From assembly GCA_965219985.1 (NCBI GenBank), contig OZ244801.1, forward strand, positions 3,930,302 to 3,994,301: a stretch of DNA of 64,000 bases, in the 5' to 3' direction. Position numbers and translations under genes: made by a program. Numbering within the stretch: the stretch's first letter is position 1; the number at the start of each line of letters is the position of its first letter. Shown here piece by piece: positions 53,521-62,717 of this stretch. The stretch comes from Phototrophicaceae bacterium. Lineage in GTDB: Bacteria > Chloroflexota > Anaerolineae > Aggregatilineales > Phototrophicaceae. Below the pieces are notes generated by a model, which saw nothing but the letters and a program-made list of their open reading frames with translations, did no database searches and was not told the origin of the DNA.

Positions 53521-54704
53521 CTGCATAGCTGCGATTGGGCCGACAGCGGGTCTTCCGCCAGGAACACCGGCTCGCCGCCCAGCAAAGTGGCGTGTACGCC
53601 CCTGTCTTCGTCCCAGACAACGATGTCAGCGTCGGCGCCTACTTGCAGCGAGCCCTTGCGCGGATACAGGCCGATTGCGCGCGCCGGCGTCCGCGTCGCC
53701 AGCGGCAGCGCTTCCGCCAGCGAAAGATTGCAGAACTTCATCATATTCCGCAGCGCCTGCGGCATGGTGAGGGTGCTTCCCGCCAAGCTGCCGTGACGAT
53801 CGCGGGCGATGCCGTCCTTGACGACGACCGCGACATCGCCCATGACGTATTCGCCATCGGCCAGGCCGGCGGCTCGCATGGCGTCCGTAATCGCCAGCAC
53901 ACGGTCGACGCCAACCAAGCCCAGCAGCAGTCTGATTACCGCCGGGTGCACATGTACGCCATCCGGGATGACCTCGAGATTTACCTCTGGGCGCTCGCTG
54001 GCGGCGATGAAGAGGCCGGGCCGCCGGTGATGGATGCCCGCCATGCCGTTAAAGGTATGCGTGATATGCCGTAAGCCCGCGGCGATGTATTCCAGCGCGG
54101 CGTCATAACTGGCGCCGCTATGCCCCATCGACACGGTGATGCCGCGCTCGACGGCGGCTCGTATCAGCTCGCGGCCCCCGTCAAGCTCCGGCGCCAGCGT
54201 AAGCAGCTTGATCAGGCCTGTATCCAGCCAGGGCCGGTACTCCGCCGGCTCTGGCGCGCGCAGGTGCGCTGCCGGCTGCGAGCCGCGGAAAGCCGGATTG
54301 AGATAGGGTCCCTCGAGGTGTAGGCCGAGCAAGGGACTGTGGCTTTGCTCAGCGAAGCGCCGCATCGCGCCCAGCGCCGCTTCGATGCGATCGCGCGAGT
54401 CCGCCATCGTCGTGCCCAAAAAGCTGGTTACGCCCTGGCCCAGGACAAAGTCGCAGAGCCCCTGAAGCGCCGCCGCCGACGCGTCCATCACATCAAAGCC
54501 GCTGCCGCCATGGCAATGCAGGTCGACAAAGCCAGGCAGCACGTAGCGGCCGCCCGCGTCCAGCCGCCGGTCGCCCGGCCGCGCAACCACATCGGCTGCG
54601 GACAGCGCCTGGCTGATGCGCCCCTCGCTGACGATCAAAGTATGATCGCTGATAAAGCGATCTTCCTGCCAGATGGCGCCGTTCTCAATCAGTGTCCGCG
54701 TCAA
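53517..54704 (-). CDS. nagA: N-acetylglucosamine-6-phosphate deacetylase
   Basis: LPGFVDLHCHGG, HLEGPYLNP, TLAPEL, HTFNGM and AITDAM motifs in the canonical order. Confidence 0.85.
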   Translation of the reverse strand: MTRTLIENGAIWQEDRFISDHTLIVSEGRISQALSAADVVARPGDRRLDAGGRYVLPGFVDLHCHGGSGFDVMDASAAALQGLCDFVLGQGVTSFLGTTMADSRDRIEAALGAMRRFAEQSHSPLLGLHLEGPYLNPAFRGSQPAAHLRAPEPAEYRPWLDTGLIKLLTLAPELDGGRELIRAAVERGITVSMGHSGASYDAALEYIAAGLRHITHTFNGMAGIHHRRPGLFIAASERPEVNLEVIPDGVHVHPAVIRLLLGLVGVDRVLAITDAMRAAGLADGEYVMGDVAVVVKDGIARDRHGSLAGSTLTMPQALRNMMKFCNLSLAEALPLATRTPARAIGLYPRKGSLQVGADADIVVWDEDRGVHATLLGGEPVFLAEDPLSAQSQLCS

Positions 54705-54862
54705 ATTCGCCCTGCCTGCCTAGCTGATTCGGTAGCGTGAGTATAGCATCTACTGCCGCCGGCGCGCTGCCGCAATCATGCGGGTGGAGACAAGGCGAAT
54801 CTGGGCAGTGAAGCCCACTCTGCTACAATGGACCGCGCCGATACCTCAGCGAAAGGGCTGCA

Positions 54863-55903
54863 ATGACCGCGGGTCAACACACGTTTCTCGAAATCCAGAG
54901 CCAGCCGCAGGTATGGCATCATGCCCTGGACGCTTTCAGCGCTCAACAGGCGCGCCTTACCGCGCTGATGGCGACTGCGGAACTTGAGCGGGTTGTAGTC
55001 AGCGGCTGCGGCTCGACCTACTACCTCGCGTTGACAGCCGCTCGCTTGCTGCGCAAAGCCGGAGTGGACGCGCTGGCTTGCCCGGCATCGGAGCTGCTGC
55101 TGTATCCGGAATCCATCTGCTTGCCCGGGCGCCGCCCCCTGCTCTTGAGCGTATCGCGCTCCGGCAGCACCAGCGAAACCGTCCGCGCCCAGGAACAGTT
55201 CAAGACGAGAGCAGGCGCTCTCGTCGTTTGCGTGACCTGCGACAGCGACAGCCCGCTGGCGCAATCGGCGGATATCGTCATCGCCATCGACGCCGCGCAA
55301 GAGCAGAGCGTCGCCCAGACGCGCTCATTCAGCAGCATGGCGGTCGCGCTCCAACTGATGGCGGCGGCGCTGGGCGGCCGCGACCTGGCAGCTAGCCAGC
55401 GACTTCCCGCTGTCTGCCGCCAGCTGTTGAGCGGCAGCGCCGAGCTGACTCGGTCGCTGGGTGAAGATGGCGCCATATCGAAGTTCTTCTTCCTGGGGTC
55501 GGACGCGCTTTACGGCATCGCTTGCGAAGCCATGCTTAAGATGAAAGAGATGTCGCTATCGTATAGCGAAGCCTATCATACGCTGGAGTTTCGCCACGGA
55601 CCGATGTCCATGGTCGGCGCGGACAGCCTGGTTATCGGCATGATTTCGCCAGACGCCGCTGTGTCAGAGCAGCGTGTGCTGCAAGAGATGGCTGAGCTGG
55701 GCGCTACGGTGCTGGCGATTGGACCGGAACTCGAACAGCATCAGCATCAAGTGGCGCTTCCGGCCGACCTGCCAGCCTGGTCTACGCCGGTCTTGTACTT
55801 GCCGGCGCTGCAGCTGCTGGCTTACCAGCGCGCCATCTTTAACGGCTGCGATCCTGATCAACCGCATCAGCTCAGCGCCGTCATTTCTCTCGACGATATT
55901 TAA
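54863..55903 (+). CDS. SIS-domain sugar-phosphate isomerase/deaminase (AgaS/GlmS-isomerase-like), paralog 1
   Basis: Two SIS repeats (VVSGCGSTYY, LLSVSRSGSTSET); 346 aa; no glutaminase domain. Confidence 0.7.
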   Translation: MTAGQHTFLEIQSQPQVWHHALDAFSAQQARLTALMATAELERVVVSGCGSTYYLALTAARLLRKAGVDALACPASELLLYPESICLPGRRPLLLSVSRSGSTSETVRAQEQFKTRAGALVVCVTCDSDSPLAQSADIVIAIDAAQEQSVAQTRSFSSMAVALQLMAAALGGRDLAASQRLPAVCRQLLSGSAELTRSLGEDGAISKFFFLGSDALYGIACEAMLKMKEMSLSYSEAYHTLEFRHGPMSMVGADSLVIGMISPDAAVSEQRVLQEMAELGATVLAIGPELEQHQHQVALPADLPAWSTPVLYLPALQLLAYQRAIFNGCDPDQPHQLSAVISLDDI

Positions 55904-55932
55904 CACTACAATAGCGGAAGGACTATTCAACT

Positions 55933-57480
55933 ATGACCGAAATCACACTCTTTCCCCAACCACTCCAGCTCGAAGTCAAACCCGGCCGCTTCACGATCAA
56001 CCGGCATACGCGCATCTTCGCCGCTGACAGCGCCATTGGCGAGCTGCTGGCTGAATATCTGCGGCCCGCCACCGGCTTCGGGCTACCGGTGCATCCGCTG
56101 AACGATGACAACCTGGCCGACGCGCGCAACGCCATCTTGCTCGCCCCGAGGGCGGACGGCGCTGATGAAAGCTACCGGCTGGAAATTGAACCGGGTAGAG
56201 CCCTGCTGAGCGCTTCGGGGCGGACCGGGCTTCTCCACGGCCTGCAGACCATTCGCCAGTTGCTGCCGCAGCAGATCCTCTCAAGCGACGCGGTGGAGGG
56301 ACTTGAATGGACGCTGCCCGCCGTCAGCATCAGCGACAAGCCCGCATTCGGCTGGCGCGGGCTGCACCTTGATGTCGGCCGACACATGTTTCCGCTGGCC
56401 TTTATCAAGAAGTTCATTGATATGCTGGCTTTCTACAAATTCAACATCTTCCATTGGCATTTGACCGAAGACCAGGGCTGGCGCATCGAAATCAAGAATT
56501 ATCCGCGCTTGACCGAGGTCGGCGGGCAGCGGGCTGAGACGGCTTTGCCGGGCAACCCGCATCAATTCGACGGACTGCCGCATGGCGGTTTCTACACCCA
56601 GGCCGAAGCGCGCGAAGTGGTCGCCTATGCCGCCGAGCGGGGCATCACCGTCGTGCCCGAGATTGAATTGCCGGGGCACGCGGTGGCCGCGCTGGCTGCT
56701 TATCCGGAGTTGGGCTGCCTTGGCGAAGGCTACCAGGTGCGCCGCAATTGGGGTATCGCGGACGACATCTTCTGCGCTGGCAAGGACGGGGTCTTCACTT
56801 TTCTGAAAGCCGTCCTGAGCGAAGTGCTGGAGCTCTTCCCCTCGACCTATATTCACATCGGCGGCGACGAAGCGCCCAAAGTACGTTGGGAAGCCTGCCC
56901 GGCTTGTCAGGCGCGTATCCAGGCCGAGGGCTTGGCTGACGAGCATGAACTGCAAAGCTGGTTCATCCGCCATATCGAAGCCTGGCTGAACGAGCGCGGG
57001 CGCAATCTGCTGGGCTGGGACGAGATTCTCGAGGGCGGCCTGGCGCCCAAGGCCACTGTCATGAGCTGGCGCGGCAGCGAGGGCGGCATCGCCGCGGCCA
57101 ACGCCGGGCACGATGTCGTCATGACGCCCAATACCTACTGCTATCTGGACTACTATCAGTCAGAAGACACCGACAGCGAACCGCCGGCGATATCGGCGAT
57201 CTTGCCTTTGAAGCAAGTTTGGCAATATGAAGTCGTTCCCACGCAGATCGCAGCCGACAAGCGTCACCACATCCTCGGCGGACAAGGCAATATCTGGACC
57301 GAGTATATGCCGCATTCCGACCATGTCGAATACATGACCTTCCCGCGCGCCATCGCCATCGCCGATGTGCTTTGGCATCATCCCGACGAGCGTGATTACG
57401 ATGCTCTGGCCGCGCGGCTGAAGCGCCATCTGCCCGCGCTGGACATCATGGGCGTCAATTACCGGCCGCTGAGCGACTGA
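55933..57480 (+). CDS. GH20 beta-N-acetylhexosaminidase
   Basis: FGWRGLHLDVGRH, FHWHLTEDQGWR and the catalytic pair in HIGGDEA. Confidence 0.85.
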   Translation: MTEITLFPQPLQLEVKPGRFTINRHTRIFAADSAIGELLAEYLRPATGFGLPVHPLNDDNLADARNAILLAPRADGADESYRLEIEPGRALLSASGRTGLLHGLQTIRQLLPQQILSSDAVEGLEWTLPAVSISDKPAFGWRGLHLDVGRHMFPLAFIKKFIDMLAFYKFNIFHWHLTEDQGWRIEIKNYPRLTEVGGQRAETALPGNPHQFDGLPHGGFYTQAEAREVVAYAAERGITVVPEIELPGHAVAALAAYPELGCLGEGYQVRRNWGIADDIFCAGKDGVFTFLKAVLSEVLELFPSTYIHIGGDEAPKVRWEACPACQARIQAEGLADEHELQSWFIRHIEAWLNERGRNLLGWDEILEGGLAPKATVMSWRGSEGGIAAANAGHDVVMTPNTYCYLDYYQSEDTDSEPPAISAILPLKQVWQYEVVPTQIAADKRHHILGGQGNIWTEYMPHSDHVEYMTFPRAIAIADVLWHHPDERDYDALAARLKRHLPALDIMGVNYRPLSD

Positions 57481-57501
57481 GCAGCGCCCGCGAGGAGACC
57501 T

Positions 57502-58533
57502 ATGTTCCTGCAAGACGAAATCTCCCAACAGCCGGCCGTCATTCAGCGCCTGCTCAATGAAGGTCGCCCCGATACGGAAGCGGCGGCCGCCGTCATTCGT
57601 GACTTTAACCCGCCCTTCGTATGCATCGCGGCGCGGGGCACATCCGACCATGCAGCCATTTACGCGCAGTATCTCTTCGGCCATGCGCTGCGCCTGCCAG
57701 TCATGTTGGCGACGCCGTCGCTGCATACGGTCTACGAGCGGCTGGCTGACTTGTCCCAGGCACTCGTCATCGGCATCAGCCAGTCGGGCAAAGCCGAAGA
57801 CGTCAAAGCCGTCCTGTCCGATGCGCGGCGCGGCGGCGCGCTGACGCTGGCGATCACCAATTTCGACGAGTCGCCCTTGGCGCAAGCAGCCCAGCTGCGC
57901 CTGCCCTTGCGAGCGGAGCGCGAATTCAGCGTGGCCGCCACCAAGACCTACACGGCGCAACTAACCGTCATCGCCATGCTAGCCAGCGCGCTATCGAGCG
58001 ACCCAGCGAAGTGGGACGATCTGGCGGCTCTGCCGGGTCTGGCCCAGGAGGCGCTGCAGCGCTCGGAGGGCATCGCCGGCTGGGCCGAGCGCTACCGCTA
58101 CAGCGACAAGCTGGTCAGCCTGGGGCGCGGCTTCAACTACGCTACCGCTCTTGAGATCAGCTTGAAGGTCAAGGAGTTGACCTATATCGGCAGCGCGGGT
58201 TACAGCGAAGCCGACTTTCGCCATGGCCCGATCGCGGTGATCGATCGCGGGCATCCGGTTATGCTGGTTGCGCCCCGGGGCCGAACCCTGGCTGGCATGG
58301 CGGAAATGGCGCAGGACCTCAGCGAAAGAGGCGCGGAGACGCTGATTATCAGCAACGATGAAGACCTGCTGCGCGCCGGCCGGCAGGCGCTGCCAATCCC
58401 CAATGTGGCGGAATGGCTGAGCCCAATCCTGAGCGTGATGCCCGGGCAGGTCTACGCCATGCGGCAGGCGCTGGCCCGCGGCTTCGAGGTCGACAAGCCG
58501 CGCGGATTATCCAAGGTGACCATTACGGAGTAA
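57502..58533 (+). CDS. SIS-domain sugar-phosphate isomerase/deaminase (GlmS C-terminal-like), paralog 2
   Basis: IAARGTSDHAA and GISQSGKAEDV SIS motifs; the C-terminal KPRGLSKVTITE resembles the GlmS tail. Confidence 0.7.
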   Translation: MFLQDEISQQPAVIQRLLNEGRPDTEAAAAVIRDFNPPFVCIAARGTSDHAAIYAQYLFGHALRLPVMLATPSLHTVYERLADLSQALVIGISQSGKAEDVKAVLSDARRGGALTLAITNFDESPLAQAAQLRLPLRAEREFSVAATKTYTAQLTVIAMLASALSSDPAKWDDLAALPGLAQEALQRSEGIAGWAERYRYSDKLVSLGRGFNYATALEISLKVKELTYIGSAGYSEADFRHGPIAVIDRGHPVMLVAPRGRTLAGMAEMAQDLSERGAETLIISNDEDLLRAGRQALPIPNVAEWLSPILSVMPGQVYAMRQALARGFEVDKPRGLSKVTITE

Positions 58534-58552
58534 CTCCGAACTGCGCGCGGCT

Positions 58553-59254
58553 TTAAGCTTCCAGCAGCAGCGGCGCCAGCTGGCTCAGCTGACTGATTTG
58601 GCAGCCGAACGTCGGCGAAGGGGCGTCGCGGCGCCAGTCCGGGCAATAGTGGCAGAAGCGGAGGCCGGCGCGCAAGCAGCCTTCGCGGTCATGGCTGAGC
58701 GAGTCGCCGACATACAATACTTCATCCGCGCCCAATTCAAGCCGCTCCAGAGCCATCTCGAAAATCCGCGCATCGGGTTTGGCCAGGCCGACTTCCTCCG
58801 AGATCAGCAGCGGGTCAAAGCGGTCGCGCCAGCCCGCCGCCGCCAGGCGCCCACGCTGAGAATCACTGTAGCCATTGGTGATCATGCCCAGCTGGTAATG
58901 TTCCGCCAGACTGTCCACCGTTTCCCTGGCGCCGGGGTTCAGCGCGTTCGCAGCGCAGAAGGCCTCCCAAAACGCTTTCGCCAGTTCCGGCGCGCGGCTC
59001 AGGTCCAGATTCAAGCTGGCCAGGAAATCGCGCCAGCTCAATTCGATGACTTGGTCGCGCGTGTATTGGCTGTCGTCGTCCGCATCGCGCGCCGCCCAGT
59101 AGCTGGAGCTAATTTTGGCGTAGCGCTGGCTGAAATCGGCCGGCATCATCGCCTGCATTCCGGCGCCGCTCAGCGTACGGCGCAGCGCTTGCGCTTCACA
59201 GCCACGCAGGCTAAAGAGCGTATCGTCCAGGTCAAAGAGGATTGCCTTTACCAT
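58553..59254 (-). CDS. HAD-superfamily hydrolase (subfamily IA)
   Basis: Motif I ILFDLDDTL, motif II MITNG and motif IV YVGDSLSHD. Confidence 0.8.
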   Translation of the reverse strand: MVKAILFDLDDTLFSLRGCEAQALRRTLSGAGMQAMMPADFSQRYAKISSSYWAARDADDDSQYTRDQVIELSWRDFLASLNLDLSRAPELAKAFWEAFCAANALNPGARETVDSLAEHYQLGMITNGYSDSQRGRLAAAGWRDRFDPLLISEEVGLAKPDARIFEMALERLELGADEVLYVGDSLSHDREGCLRAGLRFCHYCPDWRRDAPSPTFGCQISQLSQLAPLLLEA

Positions 59255-59292
59255 CGCGGTCCGGCTCCTTATCAGTATTGAGGCCCGTTGAG

Positions 59293-60297
59293 TCAGCTTG
59301 AAGGATCCGGGCTGGCGAGAAAGCCGGCGATAAAGCCTGTGTCGCCATTGTTGAGGCGAACCTCATACCATTGGCCTGAGACATCGATAATTCGCAGCGC
59401 TTGCCCCTTGTCGAAGACCGCCAGGATTTCGCAGTCAGTTCTTGGGCAGGCGCGGATATTGGCGCCGCTGTCGCCGCTGACGGTGTAATCAAGCACCGTC
59501 CGGTTGCGGTCCAGCGCTGTGACCACCGCCTCCATTTTGAAAGCGAATCGGTTCAACTCCGTCTCGATCTGGGGATTCAGAGGATTGTCCTCATCAGCCA
59601 GGCCATTATACCGTTGCAGGAAAAGCGCCACGAAGTCGCCCAGAATCTGGTTCATCATCAAGCCGAATTCAACCGCTTCATTGCAGTGCGGCAAGTGTTC
59701 CCAGGTCGCCTCGCGCCAATCGAGATAGGCCGAGGCATAGTCGCTGAACTCCTCCGGCGATGCGACCGCCAGCGCCATGGCGCCGGTATCTTGAAAACCC
59801 GCCAGGATGCCCGGCGCGAGCACAGCCAACTGCGCATCGGAACAAGCCGCGCCGACATCATCAAGCGATTGCGGCGTCAAGGCGGCGCCATCCAAAGCGG
59901 CGCTCAGGTCTTCCAGAAGCGCGGCTATGCGAGCCTGCCCGCTTGACATCGGCTCGAGCAGCCAGTCGCTGTCATCGCCGGCCAGGCCCAGCGCGGCGAC
60001 CGCCACCGCATCGCCAGCTACCTGGCTCATCAGCCAGCCGATTTCAAAGACTTCGGCGCAGCGCGGCAACTCGTCGTTCAAGCCCAGGCGCCACTCATAC
60101 TGCCGCTCGACCAGGTAGCGCAGCAAGGCAGCGCTCCTTGTGCGCGTTCCCTGCACCAGCAGCGCGTCGTAGCCGGACGCGAGCTGCCGCAGGGTCTCAA
60201 GATCAGCCGCTGAACAGGGCGCGAACACCCCATCGCCGGCTTGCGCCGCCGGCATCAGAAGCAGCAAGGTCAGCAAAAGAATCCAGCCAGGTTTCAT
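59293..60297 (-). CDS. Secreted protein with a C-terminal bacterial SH3 domain, function unknown
   Basis: Signal peptide MKPGWILLLTLLLLMPAAQA, two internally similar helical modules, and a C-terminal ANIRACPRTDCEILAVFDKGQALRIIDVSGQWYEVRL (SH3b pattern). Confidence 0.55.
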   Translation of the reverse strand: MKPGWILLLTLLLLMPAAQAGDGVFAPCSAADLETLRQLASGYDALLVQGTRTRSAALLRYLVERQYEWRLGLNDELPRCAEVFEIGWLMSQVAGDAVAVAALGLAGDDSDWLLEPMSSGQARIAALLEDLSAALDGAALTPQSLDDVGAACSDAQLAVLAPGILAGFQDTGAMALAVASPEEFSDYASAYLDWREATWEHLPHCNEAVEFGLMMNQILGDFVALFLQRYNGLADEDNPLNPQIETELNRFAFKMEAVVTALDRNRTVLDYTVSGDSGANIRACPRTDCEILAVFDKGQALRIIDVSGQWYEVRLNNGDTGFIAGFLASPDPSS

Positions 60298-60459
60298 GAG
60301 GTTAGCCGCCTGATTCGTTTCTCGTTAATGACTGCGTCCATCCTAACCCAGAACTTCCTGACGCGACACATTGAGCCGGGCGAGCGCCGGACAAGTGTGC
60401 CGTATGGCGGCAAACGCGCTAACATTGTGTCACTCAGCGGTATACAAAAGGAGCGTCTC

Positions 60460-61602
60460 ATGTCCAGCGAGCGATTACAACGATTTCAGCAGATCCTGGG
60501 TGAACATGCCGATTTGGCTTTCATCCCGATTTCCTCAGATTTACAGTACTTGACCGGCGTCCCGCGCGATTTCCCGAATTACGGACACACTATCCACCCG
60601 GGTGATTGGCTGGAGGGCGCCTGGATCAGTCCGAAGCGCGATCCGGTGCTGCCCCTGCCGCGCATGACTGCCGAGTTCGGCGGGCTCAGCCGGCTGGAAG
60701 GCATCGACATTCGCGTCCTGGGCGATTGGGATGCGCCGGCCGAGATGGTCAAGGGCATCCTCGACGACTTCGATTTGCCGGATAATCCGCGCGTCGCCAT
60801 CAGCGATTTCAGCAAGGGCGAGACGGTATCGCATTTGCAGCCGCTGCTGCCGGAGGCGACCTGGCTCTCGGCGACGGCGCTGCTGCGGCCGATGCGGGTG
60901 ATCAAGTCGCAAGCGGATATTGAGCTGATGAAGCAAGCGGGGCGCATCACCGAATCCGCCTTCGCCGATACGCTGAAGACGCTGCGGCATGGCATGACCG
61001 AGCTGGAAATTGTGGAAGAGGTCAATTACCAGTTGCGGAAACACGGCTCGCTGGGCCAGTCCTTCACCACTTCGCTGTACAATTCCGGCCCCGATCATCC
61101 GCTGCTATTCGGCGCGCGCATGGAGAGCTGGCATCGAGCGCTGAATCCGCCGGTGTCCATCTTGTTCGATTTCGGCGGCATCTATGAGGGCTGGTGTTAC
61201 GACTTTGGGCGCACGGTGTTTTTCGGCGAGCCGGACAGCGAGGCGCAGCGCGTCTACGATGTTATGATGGCTTCGCAGGCGGCGGGTATCGCAGCGCTCA
61301 AAGCGGGCGAAGGCACCACTACCGCTACTGACGCGGCGGCGCGAAAAGTCATCGAGGACGCCGGTTATGGCGAGGCTTTCCGGCATCGGCTGGGGCACGG
61401 CATCGGCATGGATGTGCATGAGCCGCCCTTCCTGACCACAGGCGATGAGACGCCGCTGGAAGAAGGCATGTGCTTCACGATTGAGCCGAGCATCATGCAA
61501 ATCAACGGCTATTCGTCGCGGGTGGAGGATGTGGTCGTGGCGCGCCCTGGCGGCGGCGAGAAGCTGACCAACGGCTGGCAGGAGTTGATTGTGGTGGAGT
61601 AG
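60460..61602 (+). CDS. M24-family Xaa-Pro peptidase
   Basis: ATG at 60460 after AAAGGAG. Pita-bread metal ligands in context (FDFGGIYEGWCYDFGRT, HRLGHGIGMDVHE, FTIEPS, RVEDVV). Confidence 0.8.
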   Translation: MSSERLQRFQQILGEHADLAFIPISSDLQYLTGVPRDFPNYGHTIHPGDWLEGAWISPKRDPVLPLPRMTAEFGGLSRLEGIDIRVLGDWDAPAEMVKGILDDFDLPDNPRVAISDFSKGETVSHLQPLLPEATWLSATALLRPMRVIKSQADIELMKQAGRITESAFADTLKTLRHGMTELEIVEEVNYQLRKHGSLGQSFTTSLYNSGPDHPLLFGARMESWHRALNPPVSILFDFGGIYEGWCYDFGRTVFFGEPDSEAQRVYDVMMASQAAGIAALKAGEGTTTATDAAARKVIEDAGYGEAFRHRLGHGIGMDVHEPPFLTTGDETPLEEGMCFTIEPSIMQINGYSSRVEDVVVARPGGGEKLTNGWQELIVVE

Positions 61603-61691
61603 GGGGATTCAGCACAGAGGCGCGGAGGGCGTAGAGGAAGCGCGCATTGAAGGCACTGGTCGGCAGACCGATTGCCGGGAGGCGCTTTGCG

Positions 61692-62405
61692 CTAGTCTCT
61701 CTTGCCCCAGTTCTCGTCGAATGGCTGCACTTCGTAGCCTAGAATCTCTCGCAGGTCGGCCAAATTTGCGTCGAGTTCGTCTTCCAATGTAGACGGATCC
61801 GCCCCTCGCTGCATGAGCTGCAGACGATTCCAGCTGCGAAGCGAGTCTTTAAGATAGAATTCGGCGTAGGCCATGTAGCCTTCTTTGGTTGACATGTCGA
61901 ATTGATCCCAAGGCGGTTTATCGAATATTTGGTCGCCGTATTCGTATCCAAAATTGATTTCTTGCTGGGGCTGTTGATCGCCGAGCAGTTCGTCGAGGTC
62001 CAGCACACGATCAAGAAGGCGAGTCAGGGCGTGAACGCGCTGGTTAACATGGTCGTCGCCGAGAGCCAGGTTATTGGACAGCGCGGTGGCGTGCTGCATG
62101 AGATTGGCGCGGATTTGCGCGAATTGCGCCAAGGAATTTTCGTTCTGTGCCGATGCTGAATCCGAGACAGCGCCTGCGATTGCGGCCTGTTGTGAGGCGG
62201 CAAGGGCATTGGCGCGGGAAATTAAATTCTGCGCCAATGCGTCGGTGTAGAGTTCGTAATCGTCATCCCATTGTTCGCGCCAATTATGGATGGTGCGTTT
62301 AGGGAAGCCGGTAAGGTGGTGAACGATGGGCACGTTGCCGCTGTGGATCAGCAGCAGGCGACGGACAAGTTTCTTTTCGTCGGGGGTGTAGATGCGTTTG
62401 GGCAT
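61692..62405 (-). CDS. Hypothetical protein with an N-terminal HTH-like segment and an acidic C-terminal region
   Basis: 237-aa ORF; MPKRIYTPDEKKLVRRLLLIHSGNVPIVHHLTGFPKRTIHNWREQW resembles a transposase-ORFA/terminase-small type HTH. GC is lower than in the core genes. Confidence 0.45.
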   Translation of the reverse strand: MPKRIYTPDEKKLVRRLLLIHSGNVPIVHHLTGFPKRTIHNWREQWDDDYELYTDALAQNLISRANALAASQQAAIAGAVSDSASAQNENSLAQFAQIRANLMQHATALSNNLALGDDHVNQRVHALTRLLDRVLDLDELLGDQQPQQEINFGYEYGDQIFDKPPWDQFDMSTKEGYMAYAEFYLKDSLRSWNRLQLMQRGADPSTLEDELDANLADLREILGYEVQPFDENWGKRD

Positions 62406-62717
62406 TGCGGGCCTCTGGGCGCTGTAAGGTGTTTTCGCAGGCTAGCGCGGGAGTGGCGTTGAAAGGCGACTATGGGGTCGCGTATTGGGAGGATTCGCTG
62501 CAGAGGGGCGGAGGGCGCAGAGGTTTTTTCACCACAAAGACACAAAGGGCACGAAGATTTTTGCCTTGGGGAATATCGGAATCGCCTGCGAATTGTAAGG
62601 GCGACTCTTTAGTCACGCTCTTCTGTAGTAACTTCTGTGAGTCGGTTTCCGTATGTCTATGTAGGTGTTTCAGATATACTTGCATCTTGGACGTTACTTG
62701 AGTGACGGGAAACCCAT

